From assembly GCA_046329925.1 (NCBI GenBank), contig JAXLTS010000010.1:51836-115835 (forward strand): a stretch of 64,000 bases of DNA, given 5' to 3'. Positions 26,618 through 35,244 of this stretch are shown here, in pieces (position 1 is the first letter of the stretch; each line of letters begins with the position of its first letter). Below the pieces are notes generated by a model, which searched no databases, was not told where the DNA came from, and saw only the letters and a list, made by a program, of their open reading frames with translations. This DNA is from Bacteroidales bacterium. GTDB taxonomy: Bacteria; Bacteroidota; Bacteroidia; Bacteroidales; JAAYUG01. The translations under genes and the position numbers were made by a program.

Positions 26618-28351
26618 ATGGTAATACTAAAAACCATTACAATGGCAATTATACGATTTCTGCAATTGTCAGGAATACTTGCCATCGCCCTCATATTGTC
26701 CGGAACTGCATGCACCGAAGATAATGAGGGTTTCAGGAAAGACAAAATATCCGGCTGTGTACAAAAGGGTCCCTTTATCAATGGTAGCCAGGTGCTGATG
26801 TTCGGATTGAATGCAGACCTGGGTCAATCAGGTAAAACCTTCAGCACACAGATTTCTGATAATGCAGGGACATTTGAAATTGATAACATCAGTCTTGCTT
26901 CCAGGTATGTTGAACTCAGTGTAAGCGGATTCTATTTTAACGAAAATAGTGGCTGGGAATCACAAGCCCCGTTAACCCTGTATGCTTTGGCGGATGTGGC
27001 AGATGTCTCCACGGTGAATATTAATATACTTACTCACCTTGAGCGATTGAGGGTTAAACAACTTGTAAGCGATGGACAGGATTTCTCCGCTGCCAAAGCC
27101 AAAGCCCAATCCGAAATACTCAGCCTGTTTAATATGAGTGATCCCGGAATGGAAAATTCTGAACAACTTGATATTTCGAAGAATACCGACGAAAATGCGA
27201 TCTTGCTGGCACTGTCGGTAATCCTGCAGGGATCAAGAAGTGTCGGGACTCTTACAGAACTGCTGGCAGAATTGTCGAATGCAATTAAAGATGGAATTGA
27301 TGGCGATTCGCTGTTGATCCAGGACCTTCGCGGAGTGGAGATACCTTCCTATTCCACCATTCGGCAAAACCTTGTGAACAGGTACGAGTCGCTTGGTATA
27401 ACTGCCGAAATTCCAAACTTCGAAAAATACCTGGACCAGTTCTTCAATGACGGCGGACAAGCCCCGGAAATTGAAGTCCTGCCGGTGACCGACCTGGACT
27501 CTAACCAGGCTATGCTTCACATCCTCGTCAACCCCAACTCCCTGAGCACAACAGTTTCAGTTGAAATTGGTCAGTCCTCCGGATCTTATGGGTACTCCAT
27601 ATTACTTTCACCCAATCCGATTTCGGGCAATTCTACTGTTGAAATCAATCAGTTGGTTTATGGGGCAAGTGAAACTGAATATCACTACAGGGTAAAAGCT
27701 GAAAATCGTAAAGGAATTGTTTATAGCGATGACCATGCCTTCGTAACACTTCCAAAATCAGTATACTGCCCGGACGGGAGCAGTTACAAAGTAGTCAAAA
27801 TTGGTACCCAGGCTTGGATGGCAGAAAACCTTCGCACTACAGTATTCAATGATAATACAAGTATCTCCCTGGCCACCGATTCCGCCAACTGGTTCGGAAC
27901 CCCCAGTTCAAAGTACTGCTGGTTCAGCTTCAATGAGGGAGCGTATAGTCAACCCTATGGAGCACTTTATAACTGGTATGCCGTAAATACTGGCAAGCTT
28001 TGTCCAACAGGCTGGCACGTTCCAAGCGACGAAGACTGGAATATCCTGGTGAGTTACCTGGGAGGGGAAAGTTTTGCCGGAAACAAACTGAAAGAGGCTG
28101 GAGACACTCATTGGGCTGGTACGAACGAGGCTGGAAACGAAAGTGGTTTTTCAGCGCTGCCGGGTGGTGTGCTGGACCCCTTGCAGAAATTTCAGTTCCT
28201 GGGTATGATGGCTTTCTTCTGGAGTTCAACGGCCATTGACCAGCAAAATGCCATTGACCGGATTCTGTATTACAACCAGGCTTCAGTTACCACGCCGGAA
28301 CAAGGACAAAAAAAGGTTTCCGGCCTTTCGGTGCGTTGTGTTAGAAACTAA
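26618..28351 (+). CDS. lipoprotein with C-terminal FISUMP (Fibrobacter succinogenes major paralogous) domain
   Basis: 577 aa with the lipobox LSGTAC. An alternative start is Met9 at 26642. The C-terminal motifs are IGTQAWMAENL, GALYNWYAV, CPTGWHVPSDEDW, GFSALPGG and FWSST. Confidence 0.8.
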   Translation: MVILKTITMAIIRFLQLSGILAIALILSGTACTEDNEGFRKDKISGCVQKGPFINGSQVLMFGLNADLGQSGKTFSTQISDNAGTFEIDNISLASRYVELSVSGFYFNENSGWESQAPLTLYALADVADVSTVNINILTHLERLRVKQLVSDGQDFSAAKAKAQSEILSLFNMSDPGMENSEQLDISKNTDENAILLALSVILQGSRSVGTLTELLAELSNAIKDGIDGDSLLIQDLRGVEIPSYSTIRQNLVNRYESLGITAEIPNFEKYLDQFFNDGGQAPEIEVLPVTDLDSNQAMLHILVNPNSLSTTVSVEIGQSSGSYGYSILLSPNPISGNSTVEINQLVYGASETEYHYRVKAENRKGIVYSDDHAFVTLPKSVYCPDGSSYKVVKIGTQAWMAENLRTTVFNDNTSISLATDSANWFGTPSSKYCWFSFNEGAYSQPYGALYNWYAVNTGKLCPTGWHVPSDEDWNILVSYLGGESFAGNKLKEAGDTHWAGTNEAGNESGFSALPGGVLDPLQKFQFLGMMAFFWSSTAIDQQNAIDRILYYNQASVTTPEQGQKKVSGLSVRCVRN

Positions 28352-28459
28352 CAGAAATGGTAGTATGATGGAACACGGATGACATGGAAAGAAGCAGATT
28401 TGCAGGAAGCAGAAATTATCAGCATTCCGCATCTTTCCGTGACATCAGTGTTGCATTCC

Positions 28460-29092
28460 CTATTGTTGCAGCATCTGCTCCAGGTGTTGCCTTCCCCAGT
28501 CAGGCCAGAACTCAGCAGGCAGGGTGTATGCTGCAAATTTCTCCTTCGACCTGGTGAGCAGGGGAAGTGCCTGCTCCTTACCACCGCCATATTCCTCCGG
28601 GGTATTGAAGACCAGCATGCCCTGCAGGTAATCAACCCGTGGATTTTTGGGATTCACTCCTCTTGCCTTGCCCAATAAACCGTTTGCCTTTCCGGAGTAT
28701 TCCATTCCGCGGGCCATAGGGTCTGCGGCAATTCGCGCCACCGCAAGAAATGCTTCAATTACCAGGAGTTCCGACTCATCCCCGGCTCGTGTCCTGCTGT
28801 CAGAAATCAATTTTTCTGCCTGGTCGAGCAGTGCATCTTTTTTTCCTCCATCCGCTTCCTGGAAACTCATCATCAGGTAGGCGTAACCTGCATAATAGGA
28901 AGGAAGCCATTCCTTCGTGGCTACACCGGCGATCTGTTCAAAACGGGCGGCCACCTGCCGGAGCTTGTCACTGTTCATCGCGGAATCCATGAGGGCAAGG
29001 TTCTTTCGCATGGCCTCCTGGTACGCATTGTTTTGCGCAAATCCTCCCAGGCTCATAACGGCTAACAATAAGGAAAGGGTCAACGTTTTCAT
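28460..29092 (-). CDS. hypothetical exported helical (TPR-like) protein
   Basis: 210 aa with a signal peptide (LLLAVMSLGGFAQ) and an all-helix-type composition. It starts 11 nt after the stop of the TonB-dependent receptor gene. Confidence 0.6.
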   Translation of the reverse strand: MKTLTLSLLLAVMSLGGFAQNNAYQEAMRKNLALMDSAMNSDKLRQVAARFEQIAGVATKEWLPSYYAGYAYLMMSFQEADGGKKDALLDQAEKLISDSRTRAGDESELLVIEAFLAVARIAADPMARGMEYSGKANGLLGKARGVNPKNPRVDYLQGMLVFNTPEEYGGGKEQALPLLTRSKEKFAAYTLPAEFWPDWGRQHLEQMLQQ

Positions 29093-29103
29093 GTTTTTCT
29101 GTT

Positions 29104-31257
29104 TTATTGATTTGGGTTAAAAGAAATGAATAGTCCGATTAGTATAAATCGTTTCGAGGCCGGACGCACAGCCATGGAAGCATAGTGCCCATCCGAATCA
29201 GGCACACTGGCATAGCGGTATCCATAAATATGTTCCTGCCCCAGCACATTGCTCACATTGGAATGGATCACCGCCAGGAATTTCTTTTTCATGATGATGT
29301 AATTGATGGATATATTTAGTTCCGAGAATGCCCTGGTGCGGCCATTCATAAATCCGGCAGTATTGGGATCCTCATAGGGCCGGCCGGTACTCCCGGTCCA
29401 GGAAAGGGATACCTGGGTCATCAGATCGGGAATGAACTGTTTGTACACTGCCGCCAGGGAATGCTCCGGGAACCATGGAGGGGTAACAGCAAGAGGATAA
29501 TCGCGGTATTTTCGTTTGGTGTCAATCCAGGAATAGGAAACCCAGTAATCGATATTTTGCCATGTTTCCTTGTCCCTCCAGAACAGTTCCACTCCCCTGG
29601 CATACCCGAATCCATCGGGATGATAATCCAGTGGATTGGGATCGTACAGGGAATCATATCGTACCAGCCTTGAATAATCCTTGTAGTACAACTCCGTGCG
29701 GAAGGTCCTTCCTCCCTTTATCCACTGGTAATTTAAAATATAATGCACGGCCTGCATGTTGTTCAGATCAGGATTCACCAGCAACAGATTGGTTTCGGGT
29801 AACTGCCTGAAAACACCCCAGGCAGCCGAGACCTGCCCGTAAGTGGATGTTTTCATGGCGGCCGAAAAACGGGGTGAGAACAATATCTCCGAATTGCTTC
29901 CTGTTCCTTCCAGCCTGCCACCACCCCGGATGCTGTACCTGTGTGCAATCTTCCATTCACCTTCAGCAAAACCTGACAACATGCCGGTATTGAAGCTAGG
30001 CTCGGTGCTCGTCCCGCTCATTGCCGAATAATAATTCAGTACATATGAAATACCATCGAACTGCAGCCCTGTTTTGAAAATAAAATTTTCACTTGTCTGG
30101 CACAGAAAAGTATTTTTTAACTGGTATCCTTTTTCACCGATCCGAACCTTATCCTCACCCGGATGAATTTCCTCCACATCCCCGGTGATTGAGATACCTG
30201 ACCGGAGACTCCATTTTTCCGTAAGCGGGGATGAATAAACCATGTTCAGGTACCCGTCCCGGTTGGCCAGCGAATATGCTGTTCCACCAGTGCTCATGCC
30301 GGGTTGAGGAATTCGAAGTTTGCTGGATGAAAGGTTGCCCGCCATGAAAAGATGCAGTTGTCCAGCCTTGGCGGTCTTCTGCGAAAAAATGAGGGTGCCC
30401 GAGCCATTTTGCGGTTCGCGTATCCAGTCTATATCCTGCTTCTGGATAGCATAATAAGGTTTCATATTGTAATAATTCGCGCTCACCGATACAGAGCCGG
30501 AATTCCAGAGCTGGTCGACCGAGGCACCCCCACCAAAGGGCATGACTGAAATGCTGCTCTTTGTTTTTTCCAGGGTCCCCGAGGTCATCAGTATCAGGGC
30601 CGAAGAGAGGGCCTGGCCATATTCTGCGGAAAATCCCCCGCTGCTGAACATGGTGCCGCTAAAAAGGGTTGGAGAAAAACGGCCGCGCGCGGGAAGATCG
30701 GGATTGCGTGAGGTGTAAGGTTTCTGCACCAGCAAACCATCGATGAAGGTTTTTGATTCATAGCCCTCACCCCCCCGCACGAAGAGCCCTCCGTCCTCTC
30801 CCACTATGGAATTTCCCGGCAGGGTGTGAAGTGCCCCGTAAATATCACCGATGGCGGAGGCTGTGGTGAGTATATCATAGGGCTTCAAAATCACTGCCTT
30901 TTTGGAATCTGCTGCCCCGAAAGTTCCGGCAGAGATCACCACATCATTCAATGCATTCACCTTCTCCTGCAGTACAATTTTCAGTTCCTTCGGAAAGTGC
31001 AGGCTGTCTATTATCAATATTTGGTCTTCAAATCCCAGGTAACTGCAATGGATTCTGTAGCTCTCCGGAGCGGAGGCAACGAGGGTGAAACGGCCGGCTG
31101 TATCGCTCACCGAGCCATCGAATGAACCTTCAAAGTAGATGTTGGCACCGGGGAGCGGCACCCCATTATTGTTGGTCACCGTCCCCCGGATCTGCTGTTG
31201 TGAAAAACACTGCAGGCTGCCAAGTAAAAAGAAAAGGAGTGTGAGGCGTTGAGTCAT
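29104..31257 (-). CDS. TonB-dependent receptor with carboxypeptidase-regulatory-like N-terminal domain
   Basis: The start is set at Met7 (MTQRLTLLFFLLGSLQCFSQ). It has a CarbopepD_reg-like segment (GTVTNNNGVPLPGANIYFEG), a plug region (DILTTASAIGDIYGALHTLPG) and a long beta-barrel. Confidence 0.85.
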   Translation of the reverse strand: MTQRLTLLFFLLGSLQCFSQQQIRGTVTNNNGVPLPGANIYFEGSFDGSVSDTAGRFTLVASAPESYRIHCSYLGFEDQILIIDSLHFPKELKIVLQEKVNALNDVVISAGTFGAADSKKAVILKPYDILTTASAIGDIYGALHTLPGNSIVGEDGGLFVRGGEGYESKTFIDGLLVQKPYTSRNPDLPARGRFSPTLFSGTMFSSGGFSAEYGQALSSALILMTSGTLEKTKSSISVMPFGGGASVDQLWNSGSVSVSANYYNMKPYYAIQKQDIDWIREPQNGSGTLIFSQKTAKAGQLHLFMAGNLSSSKLRIPQPGMSTGGTAYSLANRDGYLNMVYSSPLTEKWSLRSGISITGDVEEIHPGEDKVRIGEKGYQLKNTFLCQTSENFIFKTGLQFDGISYVLNYYSAMSGTSTEPSFNTGMLSGFAEGEWKIAHRYSIRGGGRLEGTGSNSEILFSPRFSAAMKTSTYGQVSAAWGVFRQLPETNLLLVNPDLNNMQAVHYILNYQWIKGGRTFRTELYYKDYSRLVRYDSLYDPNPLDYHPDGFGYARGVELFWRDKETWQNIDYWVSYSWIDTKRKYRDYPLAVTPPWFPEHSLAAVYKQFIPDLMTQVSLSWTGSTGRPYEDPNTAGFMNGRTRAFSELNISINYIIMKKKFLAVIHSNVSNVLGQEHIYGYRYASVPDSDGHYASMAVRPASKRFILIGLFISFNPNQ

Positions 31258-31361
31258 GGGTGAAATTTCTCCCAAAGATGCAGCAGACGGTATCGCAGAA
31301 AAAGCGATTACCGATGAATGGGAGAAAATGAGGGGTGAACGGGAGAAGGAGTAGGCTGAGT

Positions 31362-32021
31362 TTACCTGTATTCTTCCAGAATCCTGGAAACAATATACTC
31401 TTCAATCTCCTTGCCAGTTACATTGTATACGGGATCTAACAAGGAGAATGATCTGTTTTTGCGGTAATTGCTGCTGTCGGAGAGAAAGCTTAACGCATCC
31501 CTCGTTTTAAGAAGGTTGTTTGAATAAACTCTTGCACCATCAACCAGTTTCTTTAACGACACTCCCTCCTTCAGAATGGAATAAATATCATAGTAGTCTT
31601 TCCATTCCCGTCGCCGCATGAGTAATTCAACTTTCATAATACCGATCGATCCGATACCGGCGAGGGAAATATGGTTTAAAGAAGGGATTGTCTTCCCGAC
31701 AGGGCTACGGTTCAGCCCCTTGGCAAAAAACGAAATCTTTACTCCATCCAGCAGGAAATTGACCTGGTCAAATCCAAGGATATCCATTTTCTGCAATTGA
31801 CCAATTCCTTCCAGTTCATGCCTGATGGATGGCCAATCCACTTCAGCCACCCGCTTATTGCGCAGGCTTTTCGCCCAGATGCAAAAATCGAGATCCTCAC
31901 TGAGCCGGTGACCAATCTGCAAGGACAAGGCAGTACCTCCTACAAGGGTGTAATCCCTGAGAAAGGGCAACACCGATATTTTCTTAAATACCTCTTCTGT
32001 TGCCGGAGTAATTCCTTTCAT
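31362..32021 (-). CDS. nucleotidyltransferase AbiEii/AbiGii toxin family protein
   Basis: 219 aa with the motif GGTALSLQIGHRLSEDLDF. Its ATG overlaps the upstream stop as ATGA (32018-32021). Confidence 0.75.
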   Translation of the reverse strand: MKGITPATEEVFKKISVLPFLRDYTLVGGTALSLQIGHRLSEDLDFCIWAKSLRNKRVAEVDWPSIRHELEGIGQLQKMDILGFDQVNFLLDGVKISFFAKGLNRSPVGKTIPSLNHISLAGIGSIGIMKVELLMRRREWKDYYDIYSILKEGVSLKKLVDGARVYSNNLLKTRDALSFLSDSSNYRKNRSFSLLDPVYNVTGKEIEEYIVSRILEEYR

Positions 32022-32536
32022 TTTTCAGATGCTGTGGCACTGTGAAAATTCCTGATGTAACGGTCCGGATCGCGCATACCAAAATACAGGCGTGCATACA
32101 AGCGGTTCAATCCATGATAAATGGGTTCCTGCTTAAGGAGTGTGTCCCTCCATACCTTTTGTATCAGCTTCCGGTTAAAAATTCTGAAAAGCTCCTGGCT
32201 ATCCTCCAGGTCCAGGTGAACCAGTACTTTTTCGATCAGCCATTCATCCGTGATCTGTTCGTCCTGAATCAAATCATAGGACCAGAAGGCCTTTTCTTCC
32301 TTCAACTTATGAATTAGTTTTTCTCGAATGTTGCCCGCTTCATTCCTTTTCTCCCATTGCATCTCAACTACCCTGACAAACCCGGATTTCTCCAGCAAGT
32401 CCATCTGCGTTTCGAGTGAAAGTTTTCCTTCCTGAAAACGCTTCTTGTACGAGCGTGCCGTGGATGCCTGAATCCTGGCTTTCTCCCACCAGGCAGGAGT
32501 GCTGAACAGATTATTTAATGATTCCTGCGTTGTCAT
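32018..32536 (-). CDS. putative cognate antitoxin-like partner of the AbiEii-family gene (not AbiEi-like)
   Basis: 172 aa, translationally coupled to the toxin gene. The C-terminal half (AFWSYDLIQDEQITDEWLIEKVLVHLDLEDSQELFRIF) resembles, from memory, short FW-x-x-D partner proteins found upstream of AbiEii-like genes in Bacteroidota. No clear wHTH is seen. Confidence 0.5.
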   Translation of the reverse strand: MTTQESLNNLFSTPAWWEKARIQASTARSYKKRFQEGKLSLETQMDLLEKSGFVRVVEMQWEKRNEAGNIREKLIHKLKEEKAFWSYDLIQDEQITDEWLIEKVLVHLDLEDSQELFRIFNRKLIQKVWRDTLLKQEPIYHGLNRLYARLYFGMRDPDRYIRNFHSATASEK

Positions 32537-32542
32537 ACAGGC

Positions 32543-32588
32543 AAATTTACATCATTTGTTGCGTTTTTGCAACATATGATGTAAATTT
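32543..32588. promoter_or_regulatory. 46-bp near-perfect palindrome (candidate operator and/or terminator) abutting the TA-like operon start
   Basis: The sequence is AAATTTACATCAT-TTGTTGC-GTTTTT-GCAACAT-ATGATGTAAATTT. The outer 13-bp arms are perfect and the inner 7-bp arms match 6/7. It begins 7 nt upstream of the ATG at 32536. Confidence 0.55.
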
Positions 32589-32623
32589 CAATCTATTATC
32601 CTGTTTAATAGATTAATGCGTAC

Positions 32624-35155
32624 TTATTGACCCAGCAACCGGTATACCTCTGTTCCCTCTGCTGAATGCAGCTTCAGGATATACACGCCCTTCTGGTCGA
32701 TGGAAATTTTCTTTGCACCTTCTCCGGGATTCATGCAATCGCTGAAAATCTGTTTGCCGGTAAGGTCGAAAAGTTCCACACGGACAGATGTTGTGGGTGG
32801 ATTCGCCGGCTCAATGAGAAAGGAACCCGAAAATGGATTTGGAAAAACATGGAAGACCCCTTCCTGTAATTGAATCCCGGTACCGCATTCCGGATCGGTG
32901 GAAGCATATACCTGCACACTCACCGGAGCTGAAGTACTCAGGCATCCGCTTGCATTGGTTGTTAAGACATAACTTCCTCCGGAGCTCACATCGATGGTTG
33001 GCACTGAACCCTGTATCTTGCTGGTGTTTAAAAACCAGGCATAGGTCCAGGCTTTCGATGTATCAGCCGAAAGAACTACTTTTCCGCCCGGACAAAATGA
33101 TAGGTCTTCGCCGGCAGTGATCACCGCTTCAGGGAAGGAAATAACCTGCACATTCACCGCTGGGGCTTGTAATTCAATGTCTCCTTTTTTAAGTTCCACG
33201 CTGTACAGCCCTTCCTGGCAAACCTGGATGGAAGAGCTGGTATCCGGGAGAATGGCCTTATTCAGGAACCAGGTATAATCCGCACCTTCAATATCCGGAA
33301 CCGAAAGGCTCAGGCTGTCTCCTTCGCAGATTGAGGGTGGCTTCGAGCTGGTAATAACAATCTGGGGCGGCAAAATACTGTCCAATGAAAGAATAATCGT
33401 ATTGGCCAACCCGCTCTGATGAGAGTTTGAAAGTTGAAAGGTCCCGCTTCGTTCGCTTAGTCCGCTTTTAACGGTGTAATAGTATGTGCCCAGAAAGCCT
33501 TCGAAGGAGGCTGTACCGGCTGAGTCAGTTGTACAGATAGTATCTTTTGTCCACCATTGGTTAAACACCAGGTCTTTGTATGCCTCGCCGTGCGGCCGGA
33601 TATTCCAGTCAAGGTCGTACAGGGCCCCGTCGGGCAGCCAGTGTGCTCCCTGCCAGAACCCCCAGAAGAGGAAGGATTTCACGGCAGGATGACTGAAGGC
33701 GATGGTCATCAGATCACGGGTATAGTCGGCCTGAACCTGCCGCTGCGAGATATTGATATCGTGTTCAGTGATCTTGATTTCTTTCCCGAGCTCAGCAAAA
33801 CGATCGAGGATGGAATACACTTTGCTGATCGAGGTGAGCTCACTTCCAAAATGACCCTGAAAGCCTATCCCGTCGACCTGCCCACCCAGGCCATCAATGT
33901 ACTTAACCAGGTTATAATACGAGTTCTGTTTCTTCACATCCGTGCCACCTCCGGTAAGAATGCCATAATCGTTTAGATACAGCTTTGCCTGCTGATCGTT
34001 TTTCTTCACCTGCTTGAACCAGTCGGCCATCACCTCGTTACCCAGGATGCCCATGATGTCTTTCTCGGAATAAGGCTCATTGATCACATCCCAGTCTACC
34101 ACACGCCCTTTGGTAAAATTGGTGACCTCATCGATATGTTTTTCGATGGTATTGCGGAGCGCCACCGGGTTGCTGCTCAGGCTCTGGAGTGAGGTCGGGC
34201 AGAATTTCCAGGAGGGCCAGATCACGTTGTGCCCGCGAACGGCAATGTCGTGGAGTTCCAGCGAGTCGAATGACTTACGGAGGTTGAGGGTGGTGGAGAG
34301 ACTGAAATTTGGCCATTTCAGGTCGTTCTCAAAGACCACCTCATTGAATAGTTCATAAACCTTATTCCTGAATGTGGTATTCGTGAGGAAAACACTGGCC
34401 GGGATGGCTGAACCAAATCCGAACTGGTGTTTCACCATGCTTACAGAAACTGTTGCATCGGGCAGCAGATTCCCGTTTTCGTCATACACCACAATATCTG
34501 CCTTTCCCTTTCGTATCTGGTTAATCCTTTCCTGAGCAGGAGCGCGCCATGCAGCCGCTGAGTCCTGGCCCACATAGCTGATGGGAGTCACAGGCAGATC
34601 GTTGAGCGTAAGGGAAGTTCCATAGTTCAGAAAACGCACATCGGCTACTTCAATGGTTTGCGACTCATACCCGACGAAGAGAGCATAGCGTACACCTGTG
34701 GCCGCCAGGGTGGAAACACATTTGGCCGAAGCGTAATATTCTTTCCATTCAGAACCGATCATCAGTTTTGCTGCGAGATCCTTGGCATAGGTCGTTTTAT
34801 TCTCGATTACAGCCGTGGCAGCACCCAGGCCGTCCTCCATGGGGGTGGAAAGGGTGCGGGCATAAAAAGCCACCAGGACCACATCATCGGCTGCTATACC
34901 GCTTACGCCGGGAAACTGAACCTGTGCATCCCAGAAATTAAGGATACCACTGCCTGTGACAATGCGGAGAGCCTTGGTAAACGGCTGATCACTCACAGAA
35001 ACTTCCGTAATTGTCACATTCCCGACCTTCTGGTAAGTTGTTCCTGTTGTGGCATTCATCTGAGTGCCTCCCATGGGAACCTGGGCGGAAAGGGAACCTG
35101 TTAAAAGCGAAAAATATCCTGCAAAGAGGATGGTGAGGTATCGTGAGTTTGGCAT
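32624..35155 (-). CDS. GH10 endo-1,4-beta-xylanase with N-terminal CBM4_9-like module, Ig-like domains and T9SS CTD
   Basis: 843 aa with a signal peptide. The GH10 glutamate motifs are WDVINEP and ITEHDI. Two Cys-containing Ig-like modules are present. The CTD reads VFPNPFSGSF...GVYILKL. Confidence 0.85.
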   Translation of the reverse strand: MPNSRYLTILFAGYFSLLTGSLSAQVPMGGTQMNATTGTTYQKVGNVTITEVSVSDQPFTKALRIVTGSGILNFWDAQVQFPGVSGIAADDVVLVAFYARTLSTPMEDGLGAATAVIENKTTYAKDLAAKLMIGSEWKEYYASAKCVSTLAATGVRYALFVGYESQTIEVADVRFLNYGTSLTLNDLPVTPISYVGQDSAAAWRAPAQERINQIRKGKADIVVYDENGNLLPDATVSVSMVKHQFGFGSAIPASVFLTNTTFRNKVYELFNEVVFENDLKWPNFSLSTTLNLRKSFDSLELHDIAVRGHNVIWPSWKFCPTSLQSLSSNPVALRNTIEKHIDEVTNFTKGRVVDWDVINEPYSEKDIMGILGNEVMADWFKQVKKNDQQAKLYLNDYGILTGGGTDVKKQNSYYNLVKYIDGLGGQVDGIGFQGHFGSELTSISKVYSILDRFAELGKEIKITEHDINISQRQVQADYTRDLMTIAFSHPAVKSFLFWGFWQGAHWLPDGALYDLDWNIRPHGEAYKDLVFNQWWTKDTICTTDSAGTASFEGFLGTYYYTVKSGLSERSGTFQLSNSHQSGLANTIILSLDSILPPQIVITSSKPPSICEGDSLSLSVPDIEGADYTWFLNKAILPDTSSSIQVCQEGLYSVELKKGDIELQAPAVNVQVISFPEAVITAGEDLSFCPGGKVVLSADTSKAWTYAWFLNTSKIQGSVPTIDVSSGGSYVLTTNASGCLSTSAPVSVQVYASTDPECGTGIQLQEGVFHVFPNPFSGSFLIEPANPPTTSVRVELFDLTGKQIFSDCMNPGEGAKKISIDQKGVYILKLHSAEGTEVYRLLGQ

Positions 35156-35244
35156 GCGGTAAAATTTTAAAATTCAAAGATAATTGAAATGAATAGTCAG
35201 GAATAGATAGTCAGGTGAAAAAATCAGAATCTGCAGGCAGCTGT

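Noticed and set aside
28460-31257. SusC/SusD-type polysaccharide utilisation pair.
   Set aside because: The receptor is ~717 aa, shorter than typical SusC. The downstream gene encodes a 210-aa helical protein, not a ~500-aa SusD lipoprotein.
31276-32623. The AbiE-like pair as part of a mobile island.
   Set aside because: I found no integrase, transposase or flanking direct repeats. The only support is an impression of lower GC.
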